NCBI RefSeq assembly: GCF_021869535.1
Contig: NW_026262707.1
Location: forward strand, 806,001-870,000
DNA length: 64,000 nucleotides
Direction: 5' to 3'
DNA from: Mytilus californianus
Taxonomy: Eukaryota
This document shows, piece after piece, positions 1 to 10,233 of this stretch. How positions within the stretch are numbered: position 1 is the first letter of the stretch; the number at the start of each line of letters is the position of its first letter. The position numbers and the translations under genes were made by a program. The notes under the pieces were generated by a model that saw only the letters and a program-made list of their open reading frames with translations, searched no databases and had not been told where the DNA came from.

Positions 1-89
1 ACGTGGGTTATTCCACGATTGAAAGAAACAAAAAAAATATTTATAAAACTCTTGGAAATTTTTTCTTAGAAAGGCTAAAAGTAGTAGTC

Positions 90-270
90 TTGTTGGTTGC
101 TTAATGTCCAGTGGCAAATATTTCATGTATGTTCAGGACGAGAACAAGTTAACAAGAAATACAAAAGGTAGTCTTATCATAATAGTGGCCATTCGGGATG
201 ATGGTCGGGGAAATTTGGACTGCCACTGGAAAATGAGGGTATATGGGATAGGGACAGAAATTTTGCCTTG
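90..270 (-). mobile_element. SINE-like family, 3' fragment (older subfamily)
   Basis: Reverse complement of the element 3' end (ttgttggttgcttaatgtccagtggcaaatatttcatg...gggacagaaattttgccttg); duplicated at 5621-5801. Confidence 0.9.
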
Positions 271-467
271 TATCTTCACTTTCAAACGAAAACCTCATAA
301 ATCTTTCATCAATCTCTGCCTTCCTGTCTGTACCTCATTGATGCTCAAACTCTGTCAGAAAGTTGTACATACTTCTGAGAATTACAGGTTGCATCCCTGG
401 ACATTTTCTGTATCTATCTATGAGGTCTTTTCTCATTTGCCTCGTCGCAAACTTCATAATATCTTCA

Positions 468-901
468 CCCCCAAGGGTGACTGGGGAATAGAAGTATGGT
501 CACCATTGGTCTTCCTCCGACCGGCAGTAAAACCCTTGCTAAAGTGGGGCGTCCGTTTGGCTGTGCGGGATGTACAAATTTGCAGCCACGTCCGGTCAGA
601 ATGGGGACGTTAAATCCGATGCCTCGTGTAAATAGAGTGCCACGCTCTTTGCACGTTAAAAACCCTTGCAACAACTCTTTGAGGGGTACGTAGGTGACCT
701 GTTGCAAGGCTAAATTTCTGTCCCTATCCAATATACCCTCATTTCCAGTGGCAGTCTAAATTTCTCCGACCTTAATCCCGGACGCCCCTATTACAGAATC
801 TACCTATTGTATTTATTGTTAATTTGTTCTCGTCCTGAACATGCATGAAATATTTGCCACTGGACGTTAAGCAACCAACAATCAATCAATCAATCAATCA
901 A
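468..901 (+). mobile_element. SINE-like family, full-length copy without TSD
   Basis: Starts cccccaagggtgactgggg, ends gccactggacgttaagcaaccaac(aatc)n; flanks show no duplication. Confidence 0.95.
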
Positions 902-902
902 A

Positions 903-1228
903 ACTAAAGGAAATATAATCCAGAAAAATGGCTTCGTCTTTGCAAGAAAAACCATGAATTTGTAGAACATTCTTGTGTCCTTGTACAATTTTCATCATGT
1001 TTGCTTCTTTTAAAAATAAAGAAAAATGATCTGCTACTGACAACTCTTTGATAACAATTTGTTTCTTCCTTCCTACGGCTTGGTACACTTTTCCATAAGA
1101 ACCTTTCCAATAATGGTTATATATCTGAAAAGTCATTTGTACTGAATGGAGGTAAAACCATGTCTTCCAAAGATTCTGTCTCAAGCGATATAATTGGTAT
1201 ATTCTTAACAAGTAGTAGTAGTTTGAAA
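903..1228 (-). pseudogene. Protein kinase N-lobe pseudo-exon (subdomains I-IV)
   Basis: KGSYGKVYQA (Gly loop), IVIKEL (catalytic Lys), FLKEANMM (alphaC Glu), HKNVLQIHGF; stop and frameshift just before the Gly loop; polypyrimidine-AG acceptor near 1229; cut by the SINE tail at 902. Confidence 0.75.
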
Positions 1229-2012
1229 CTATAAGAAAATAAGAAAAAATAATCATAGTTTATGTTTGAGGGATGGAATGACTGTTTAACGGAAAGTGGC
1301 AAGTCAAACGCAAAACGAGGAAGAAACATAAAATCACCTGTGAAATATTACATGAATTTCTTTTTAGACATGTACGTAAATTAATTTCTATGTAAGAAAA
1401 CCGTTGGAGATAAAAAAAAAAATATTCACCATTAATGGTAGTTAAAATAAATAAAAGCTAGCTCCTGATACAATGATTTTAGTGTAGCATATGACTTAGA
1501 CAACAAAAGGTTACATAAACAGATTTTCCTGACATTTGTTGTTTCTTCAAAGATGATAATGTAAAACCAGATGTTAAAAACAAAAACGGAAAGGCCACAC
1601 TTTGCTACTTCAAACTAAATGAAAACATAAACAATTGATTTAAGAATAGTGTAATTAAAACCATCTTTAAGTTATTAAATATAGGAATACAATTTAATGT
1701 TCTAAATTTAACCATAGGGAAAATTTTTTAATACAGTGTGTAATGAAAATATTTACAATCAGACCTTACATTTATTTCATTTCAAATAATGATATAACAT
1801 ACTAGTTCTTACTTTGAAACACATTGTAATCTAAAAAAAAGAAATTGGTTCATTTATATGTTTCAGAGTTAAGTGTGATGTCCAATTTTGCTGAACAAGT
1901 ATGCATAATATTTTATGTTCCTTACGTCGTAACTACAATCCCCTTCCCTTTCATGAATTTGACCTACCGAATTAAGACTATTTACCGGATTTGTTATCAC
2001 ATAAGCAACACG

Positions 2013-2085
2013 CCACCCCCCCCCCCACCCCCCCCCCCCCACCACCACTGCCACTGGACGTTAAGCAACCAACAATCAATCAATC
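2013..2085 (+). mobile_element. Extremely 5'-truncated SINE insertion with C-rich 5' extension
   Basis: tgccactggacgttaagcaaccaacaatcaatcaatc preceded by a ~36 nt C-rich tract; 12-bp TSD ataagcaacacg at 2001-2012 and 2086-2097. Confidence 0.85.
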
Positions 2086-2090
2086 ATAAG

Positions 2091-2445
2091 CAACACGACG
2101 GGTGCCACATGTGGAGCAGGATCTGCTTACCCTTCTGGAGCACCTGAGATCACCCCTAGTTTTTGTTGGGGTTCGTGCTGCTAATTCTTTAGTTTTTTAA
2201 GTTGTGTCATTTGTACTATTGTTTGTCTCTTCGTCTTTTTCATATTAAGCCATGGTGTCGTCAGTTTATTTTCGATTTATGAGTTTGACTGTCCCTCTAA
2301 TATCTTTCGTCCCTCTTTTAAAAGGCGGGCAAATGCCCACCTCCGGGTGCGGGGTTTTCTCTCAGTGTTGGTCTAATGTTGTATTCTGATCTGTGGATGG
2401 GTTGTTGTCTCTTTGGCATATTACCCTTTCCATTCTCACCTTTTG
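2091..2445 (+). repeat. Mytilus-type interspersed repeat (acacgacgggtgccacatgtggagcagg family) plus adjoining repeat fragment
   Basis: Related copies at 39290-39470 and, on the other strand, 52820-52975; family attribution from memory. Confidence 0.7.
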
Positions 2446-3370
2446 ATAAGAATTTTTAGAAGTGATGTAATTGTATTATGAATTTGATGAGAAATCAAGT
2501 AAAAATAAGGTTTTTTTTTCGATATAAACCGGTATATCTTGAGCACATTCAAATGGACATAAATAGTGGTCCCTTCCAGTATTTCCATTTATTATAGGAA
2601 TAAGGTGTCCGACCACCAATTAAAAATCCCTACCTGTTCAATCAAATTTTGCAACTTTCAGAGCTTTCTATTATCTAAATAGTTCACCTTAAGTTGAACT
2701 TCATATAAACCAGATATATCCTATATTGTACATTTCTCAACCCATGTTTAAAATCTAAGAAAGAATTGCCTTTGAGAAAATAACTACTCCAAAAATAACA
2801 CCTGCTTTTCTTGAAATCTTAAATAAGTATACTATGTATAGCGCATTAATCCTGAATTTTAATGCAAACTCTTCTAAAGACAGTGAATATTGGCTCAAAA
2901 TGGTCTAAATATATTTCTCTTTCAACAAGTGTTCCATTTCTGCAAATTTCTTGGTTAGTTTAAGTAAGCAGTGACATCAAAAGCACTATTTTGTGTCAGA
3001 ATAGGGCTACTTTTACATACATTCTAAATTGGAGGGAGTGATTGGTTGTCCGACACCTAAAACGCCTTTGTAAAAGAATTTATTGGTGTATAAACTCAAA
3101 CAAATAAAAGACAGAAGGAATTTTTTATACTTATGTTTGTGAGTGACTTGTACAGTTTCTACAGCAATAAATTCCTTTGGCTTTGACAATGTTGATGTTG
3201 CCGCCTTTTCACAATGTCACATAATTATGTATAACATATGTACCTTACAATATCTTGACAATCTAATCAAGGAAATACAAGTTAACTGTTTGATTTTGTT
3301 GTTAATTTTGAAGGGATGAAAAGAAAAGATGTACAAATGATCAATATAACTTGTAAGCTATAACTTATAT

Positions 3371-3645
3371 GCATTTTTGCGCCTGTCCCAAGTCAGGAGC
3401 CTTTGGCCTTTATTTGTCTTGTATTATTTTTAATTTTAGATTCTTGTGTATAATTTGGAGTGTAGTATGGTGTTCCTTATCACTGAACTAGTATATATAA
3501 TTGTTTAGGGGCCAGCTGAAGGACGCCTTCGGACGCGGGAATTTCTCGCTGCATTGAAGAACTATTGGCGACCTTCTGCTGTTGTCTGTTCTATGGACGG
3601 GTTGTTGTCTCTTTGACACATTCCCCATTTCCATTCTCAATTTTA
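3371..3645 (+). repeat. Mytilus-type interspersed repeat (gcctgtcccaagtcaggagcc...ccattctcaatttt)
   Basis: Shares motifs with 2330-2445, 19450-19500 and 55390-55420. Confidence 0.65.
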
Positions 3646-4544
3646 ATAGTCATAACTAACCTCTGCCAATTGGAAGTACAATGCCTGTTGCTAGAAAATT
3701 CTGTTGCTCAGTCAAACGGCGTTCTTGTTTTCTGAAATTATTGTGCACTGCTAAGCACGATGGTAGCATACACTTGACTAACCGCTGTCTATTATAATCC
3801 CGGTTGTTAAGTTCGAGTAAATGATTTTCACAGCTTGCAATGTTATAAATACTATTGCCGGATTCAAATTCACTCAGTAAACAACCCAAATTGGAGAATA
3901 GCAGTGTCAACTCAATTCTAGGAATTTCTTTTAGACTTAGATTTAAAGCTGCAAGGAGTTTTTAAATGAAATTCAGGAAAATATTTTGGTAGCAAACAGC
4001 TTTCTGCCATATTTTACTGAAAACCTTTTTACCTCTGTTCTGAAGAGTTCTAAATGCGTGAAGGGAGATAACTCATTTGGGAAAAAAATATGTTCAGGCA
4101 TACTTTTTAGATTTCACACATTTCTAGGTAGATTACCCATAACTTTTTTTGGTCATTAGTATAAACAAGACTGAAATTATTTGTTCTAGCGTTTCTTTCT
4201 AATAGATGTTGCCGCATAAATTTATAACACAACATCAAATATTATATTTTTTTTTCCAAATTACCAACTTTCTCCCCTGTTTCCATGGTAACCAACCAAT
4301 ATTTATGTCATCATCATCGTCCTCTTCATCAAATATTAAAAAGTCTATCGCACTTGCTGCTGCGGCAATCTCGTTCTTGAATAAGCCGATATAAGCCGTT
4401 TACACTCGTTTTGCTTTCAAGCCGGTTTAGACCCGGTCACGTGACGGGGCTAAGCGGGCATAGTCCGAACCAGAACAAATGAAGCAGCCCCTATATAACA
4501 CGTTGTTAAGATGATAAACAACATCAGTACGCAGAATCTATACA

Positions 4545-4800
4545 TCAAGACCATCATGTATTATTTGTGAAGTTGATACGGAATATTTATCAACAAGGTG
4601 TTAGTACCTTCCGATGAACCTTTTTAGAAAAGGACGAGACGTTCTTTGACATACCCCTGGTTCATCAACTTTCTGCTCAGACACTGATGACGTTTTACAA
4701 AGTCTGAGTAGGATCTGCAAAATAGGCTTAACACCGAAGGACATAAATCCAGATATAAAAGGTAAATATACAACCAGACAAAAGATGGTAAACATACAAT
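4545..4800 (-). mobile_element. Penelope-like RT C-terminal (thumb) fragment
   Basis: Translation KLMNQGYVKERLVLFLxxFIGRYxHLVDKYSVSTSQII across frameshifts; resembles mollusc Penelope-like RT ends that lack a following GIY-YIG domain. Confidence 0.6.
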
Positions 4801-5620
4801 CAAACAAAAAATGGTAAATCTAACATTAAACCAACTGTCAATATAATACTTGTAGAAAGTGTGGTTTAATATATGTTTTTTAACCATATACTAAAACTTG
4901 CATAACAACAATTTTCCAAACAAAAAAAAAATCATAAGAAAGCAGGGTAATTTATTGTAAAAAAACCTTAGCCTAAAATAATAATATTTAATGGATTGTG
5001 TTAATATAACAAAGTATGTTATAAACATAAAAATATGTAAAAAGCAAGTACTGGTTTTTTTTATATCTGGATTTATGTATATATTATAACTTTAAACAAA
5101 TGATTCTGCCAAATTCAATTAACTCCGAGTACGGTTGGCAATAGATGAAGGAACTGGTGATGGTGGTGAACTGGATTTTGAAGACGTCATGAATAGAGGT
5201 GGATTCTGGTCTGTTTGAAGTGTAGGTTAAACAGGTGAAGACGGAGGTACCGAGCCACGTTAAAAAGATATAACAGAAGGGTGTGAAATCAGACATGTCT
5301 GTTGGAGAATATTTAAGTGACACATTATTTCTTTTCCAAACTTTCAGAAGAATAAGTAAGATTCTACCCAGAATCAAGACACCAAATATTCATACAAAAA
5401 ATGTATCAATTAACAATACTATTAACACATATAGTCATACAATCAAAATTTTTAATCAACTTACTGTTATCAAGATTATTTTTAACATAGGTTTACATAG
5501 AAAGTTGACAGTTAAACGAAATATCACAAACACGTGGGTTATTCCACGATTGAAAGAAACAAAAAAAATATTTATAAAACTCTTGGAAATTTTTTCTTAG
5601 AAAGGCTAAAAGTAGTAGTC

Positions 5621-5801
5621 TTGTTGGTTGCTTAATGTCCAGTGGCAAATATTTCATGTATGTTCAGGACGAGAACAAGTTAACAATAAATACAAAAGGT
5701 AGTCTTATCATATTAATGGCCATTCGGGATGATGGTCGGGGAAATTTGGACTGCCACTGGAAAATGAGGGTATATGGGATAGGGACAGAAATTTTGCCTT
5801 G
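5621..5801 (-). mobile_element. SINE-like family, 3' fragment (duplicate of 90-270)
   Basis: Same sequence and breakpoint as 90-270. Confidence 0.9.
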
Positions 5802-5851
5802 TATCTTCACTTTCAAACAAAAACCTCATACATCTTTCATCAATCTCTGCC

Positions 5852-6269
5852 ACCCCAAGGGTGACTGGGGTATAGAAGTATGGTCACCATTGGTCTTCCT
5901 CCGACCGGCAGTAAAACCCGTGCTAAAGTGGGGCGTCCGTTTGGCTGTGCGGGATGTACAAATTTGCAGCCACGTCCGGTCAGAATGGGGACGTTAAATC
6001 CGATGCCTCGTGTAAAGAGAGTGCCACGCTCTTTGCACGTTAAGAACCCTTGCAACAACTCTTTGAGGGGTCCGTAGGTGACCTGTTGCAAGGCTAAATT
6101 TCTGTTCCTATCCAATATACCCTCATTTCCCGTGGCAGTCTAAATTTCTCCGACCTTAATCCCTTAATCTATTATAGATCCTACCTATTGTATTTATTGT
6201 GAACTTGTTCTCGTCCTGAATATGCATGAAATATTTGCCACTGGACGTTAAGCAACCAACAATCAATCA
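5852..6269 (+). mobile_element. SINE-like family, full-length young copy
   Basis: 13-bp TSD atcaatctctgcc at 5839-5851 and 6270-6282; empty site at 308-320. Confidence 0.97.
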
Positions 6270-6429
6270 ATCAATCTCTGCCTTCCTGTCTGTACCTCAT
6301 TGATGCTCAAACTCTGTCAGAAAGTTGTACATACTTCTGAGAATTACAGGTTGCATCCCTGGACATTTTCTGTATCTATCTATGAGGTCTTTTCTCATTT
6401 GCCTCGTCGCAAACTTCATAATATCTTCA

Positions 6430-6746
6430 CCCCCATGGGTGACTGGGGAATAGAAGTATGGTCACCATTGGTCTTCCTCCGACCGGCAGTAAAACCCTTG
6501 CTAAAGTGGGGCGTCCGTTTGGCTGTGCGGGATGTACAAATTTGCAGCCACGTCCGGTCAGAATGGGGACGTTAAATCCGATGCCTCGTGTGAATAGAGT
6601 GCCACGCTCTTTGCACGTTAAAAACCCTTGCAACAACTCTTTGAGGGGTACGTAGGTGACCTGTTGCAAGGCTAAATTTCTGTCCCTATCCAATATACCC
6701 TCATTTCCAGGGGCAGTCTAAATTTCTCCGACCTTAATCCCTTAAT
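6430..6746 (+). mobile_element. SINE-like family, 3'-truncated copy
   Basis: Paralogous to the copy at 468; stops at ccgaccttaatcccttaat. Confidence 0.9.
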
Positions 6747-6789
6747 TTCTGGAGCCATATCATTGGTTTTTAAGTACCACTTGTCATTG

Positions 6790-7039
6790 ATATTGGATAG
6801 GGTCAGAAATTTTGCCTTGCAACAGGCCACCTACGGACCCCTCAAAGAGTTGTTGCAAGGATTCTTAACGTGCAAAGAGCGTGGCACTCTCTCTACACGA
6901 GGCATCGGATTTAACGTCCCCATTCTGCGAACTTGATACATCCCGCATAGCCAAACGGATGCCCCACTTCGGCAAGCGTATAACTGCCAGTCGGGAGAAG
7001 ACCAAGTGACCATATTTCGTGTCCAGTCACCCTTGGGGG
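6790..7039 (-). mobile_element. SINE-like family, older subfamily, 3'-truncated
   Basis: Ends gtccagtcacccttggggg; diverged head (cttgccgaagtgggg, caagttcgcag); no tail. Confidence 0.9.
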
Positions 7040-7259
7040 CATAGTGAATTATAATATATGTGGCAATTTAGGTACATGTATTAAAATGAGAATGTAAATG
7101 AGAAATTTATCATAGAGACAACAATCCGACTTTGTGAAAATATTTAAATTTTAAAATCGCTCCATTTCTGTAAAATTGTTGATTTATTGATGATATCATA
7201 ATCGACTCCCCAATTCATTTAACTGCCTTCATATGCCTAATATAATGCAATGTTTAATT

Positions 7260-7790
7260 TTCAGTTCCAACTGGAAAATGATAGCAATCATAACGTTGGA
7301 GCTTAACATGAACATTGTGTACACCATCTTCTCCCCCTTGTCTAAAAGCCAGTTTTAAATGCTGAATGGTAAGTCCAGATCTAGTCATCTTTGTAGTCAT
7401 ACCCGCTGAGATCGGCAGCAATTTCAGCAATTCATAGTTCCTATTGGACATTTTAACATTTATCAAAGTCTGACAAGCAAAATCAGTAAAAAATTATGGG
7501 GTTGTACACGAACACGAGAAAATCCTGCCTTTCAGAATCGTTCTCTCGCTGAATCTTCTCTCGCTAAGACATTTCCAAATGCGTTATGTGCATCGTAAGT
7601 GAAGTTTTCGCCGAGAAAATCCTTAACCAGTTCTCCCTGCTTGAAGCGTTTTCTCTCACTTTCCTTCGGGGTATGCAGCTCTAAAACATGTAATGTATCA
7701 ACGAATCCGTTGCACTTGGCTTTGAAAGCTTTAATCAAGTTTTCATCTGTCATAGCTTTAATGACAATTTTGCATCGAAATATTTAACGT
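7260..7790 (-). pseudogene. Degraded DEDDh/PML-C-terminal-like exonuclease coding remnant
   Basis: GFVDTLHVL...FKQGELVKDFLGENFTYDAHNAFGNV and SAGMTTKMTRSGLTIQHLKLAFRQGGEDGV in broken frames. Confidence 0.55.
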
Positions 7791-8042
7791 AATGTCCAAA
7801 ACAGAATTTTCATGTAACCAAGTGACAAACTATTTCAAACATTTTCTTCTCTGTCTTGGTGTGGTACTGGTATACGATTTTTGTAGAGTACAGTTCCTAT
7901 TCTGAGATCCTGATCAACGATATACTGCACTGTAGATGAAATTCCAAGCGACTATGGCTCTTGATCAGGACTCGACGAAGTTGACATTGATGTCTCTGGT
8001 TTCTGGGATGATTCTGGATAGGTCATGGTGGTGGTTACAGGT

Positions 8043-8128
8043 AAAATTTCTGTTCCTATCCCTATCCAATATACCCATCTAATATACCCTCATTTTCCAG
8101 TGGCAGTTTAAATTTCCTCGACCATCAT
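8043..8128 (+). mobile_element. SINE-like family, internal fragment
   Basis: aaaattttctg...ccctatccaatatac...cattttccagtggcagtttaaatttcctcgacc. Confidence 0.8.
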
Positions 8129-8439
8129 TGAAATTTGGACTATATTATATATAAAGATTGTTTAATTTAAGGTGACGTCTGGTACAATTATCAAAAAAAA
8201 AGTTTCTAATTTAGGGTTTCATCTAAGACAACAATTAAGAAAAGTGGTCGATTTTTTGTAAAATATAGTAATCAATTACAAAAAGTGCCATAAGCAATAA
8301 ACCAAGTGCCGAATTTGAGATAAAATTATCTATAAAACGTGGCCAATTCTTGTAAAAGTTAAAGAATTATTAATAAAGAAAGAGGCTGATTTAAGGTAAA
8401 AGCTAATACAACCACTGCTTATTTATTTATTCTATATTT

Positions 8440-8655
8440 TTGAAATCTTACGTCGTAAAATATTCACTCCATATCATGTCTGTTTCTTCGTTTCCTAGCT
8501 GTTGGCGTCATCAACAATGTTTTCTTTCTCTTCAGTATTGATTACAGGAAACCTTTCAGTTGTCATACTATTAACCTCTTCAGGGTCTTGGTGTGTGTCA
8601 TTTTGAAATGCGACAAGCTCTAGTGCTTCTAATAAGTCTTCATTTTCATTTGCTA
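8440..8655 (-). pseudogene. Crypton/DUF3504-like protein N-terminal remnant
   Basis: ERFPVINTEEKENIVDDANS*ETKKQT*YGVNI resembles the RF...NTKK.T.W.V..F start of Crypton-derived tyrosine-recombinase proteins; contains stops. Confidence 0.45.
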
Positions 8656-8899
8656 TTTAAAGAATGTAATGAACCTTACTTGCTCTTCAAGTGTTTTTTA
8701 TAACACGAAAACTAAGTATTCAATTAATTTTTAAATTAAGAAATAATCACTTAAATAAAATAGTGAAGTAAAGTAAATACCTCATCATAAAGCGGCACAG
8801 CAAAATTTAGTCGACTAAAAAATAGCTGATATGGAGTCTTTGTGGTCTTGTTTAATCTGTTGTCATTTGCGTAATAAAATTCACAGGAGTCTTAACGTT

Positions 8900-9340
8900 C
8901 TGACATTTAAATTCTAAAATACTCGTGTGCGATTTAAACGTTTCACTTTACCCTGGCTTTGATGGTGGTATGGTCTACCATGCATTTGGACTGTGTCAAA
9001 TTGTATATATTGTAACAAATTCTTCAAGATGCGAGTTCCGAAATACTCTTCCATTGTCAGATTGTAGAATACATGGAGCTCCATATAAGTGAACGTGAGG
9101 CAGCACCTGGTTTAGTGAACACTTGCACTAAATATTTATAGTCCGCGCTGTACATGTTATAACCCAGATAGACAGTTTCCCGACTAACACCAACTTCCAG
9201 TCAACCTTTCAACCTTTTTCTACCCTGCTTGGCATTTGTCGTCCTACCATTGACCGCCATCTTTAAATACTTTTGAAAACTCTTCATCGTATTCATGCAC
9301 AAATTTTTCCCGAGACATTTGAACAAGAGCCGTTTTCCTT
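8900..9340 (-). pseudogene. Degenerate rve integrase (Ginger/Gypsy/KRBA2-like)
   Basis: LYGAPCILQSDNGRVFRNSHLEEFV and MHGRPYHHQSQGKVKRLNRT are integrase core motifs; frameshifted. Confidence 0.8.
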
Positions 9341-9496
9341 ACATAATACCGCACATATATGTACACTAAATAATGCTATTGGAGGGGCTGTGTACCCAGA
9401 GTGATTGTCATCTTAAAGTTATTTAAGAATTATATATATATACACATATATACTTGAACCTACTATCTACAATTGGCAAATGTCTTTAGATAATCT

Positions 9497-9670
9497 TTCT
9501 GTCCCTATCCAATATACCCGCATTTCCTGTGGCAGTCTAAATTTCTCCGACCTTAATCCCGGACGCCCTTCTTACAGAACCTACCTATTGTATTTATTGT
9601 TAATTTGTTCTCGTCCTGAATATGCATGAAATATTTGCCACTGGACGTTAAGCAACCAACAATCAATCAA
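9497..9670 (+). mobile_element. SINE-like family, 5'-truncated copy
   Basis: 14-bp TSD tctttagataatct at 9483-9496 and 9671-9684. Confidence 0.95.
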
Positions 9671-10233
9671 TCTTTAGATAATCTCTCCATTGATCAACAT
9701 ATAACTAGAACTGCAATCATAATTGGTCAGTCGTGGGCTTTCCACGCTATACCTCATTCCATTTTCATACAACTCCGAGTCACATATATCAACATCAAAA
9801 CATGTGTTTGTAATGCATATCAGTAATTCAATATTTACTTATTTTGATATACATGTATTTACATGATATCTATCATGTCTATAATATGATCAATATTGTC
9901 TATTCTTGTTTTTATTTTGTAGCAAGTGTTAGAGATATTGTGTATGATTTTAAAAGTTCACTTCTGTACTACAATGTAGTAGTAGTACTCTGAATTAACT
10001 ATTTATTATCTGCAATATGGATGGTAAATATACCCCAACCCCCATTTTATTTAATGACACTGATACATACATGTATTACCTGACTTGTAAACATGATATT
10101 ACCAAGCTTTTAAGGTAGTTGTTTTTTAATAAAAATAGTGCAGGGGTGAATTGTGGTAAAGGGGGTGCTTGCATGGAAAAAAGCATAAAATAATTTATGT
10201 TATGAACGTTGCTTAAAAAATAAAGACTTTGAT

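Larger units (their letters stand above)
5532..6741 (+). repeat. Segmental duplicate of 1-779 (offset 5531) carrying one extra SINE insertion
   Basis: Near-identical sequence from acgtgggttattccacg onward with only scattered substitutions; the left copy runs off the window start. Confidence 0.95.

Noticed and set aside
104-613. 169-aa ORF MSSGKYFMYVQDENK...
   Set aside because: It is a chimeric read-through of an antisense SINE fragment, spacer DNA and a sense SINE; the paralogous copy is disrupted.
468-620. HDV-like or hatchet ribozyme fold for the SINE head
   Set aside because: HDV: GGUGACU/GGUCACC encloses only 15 nt, and the GUC-UUCCUCC-GAC loop lacks the conserved L3 G and a P1.1 partner. 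Hatchet: GACGUUAAA and the helix order look similar, but the GGG core I recall is absent and the putative P2 is not kept in older copies.
496-693. Recurrent ORFs MVTIGLPPTG... (sense) and MDRDRNLALQQ... (antisense) appearing in more than ten places
   Set aside because: They lie inside SINE copies and recur only because the copies are near-identical; indels break them in several copies and I recognise no domain. A dN/dS test across copies would be the formal check.
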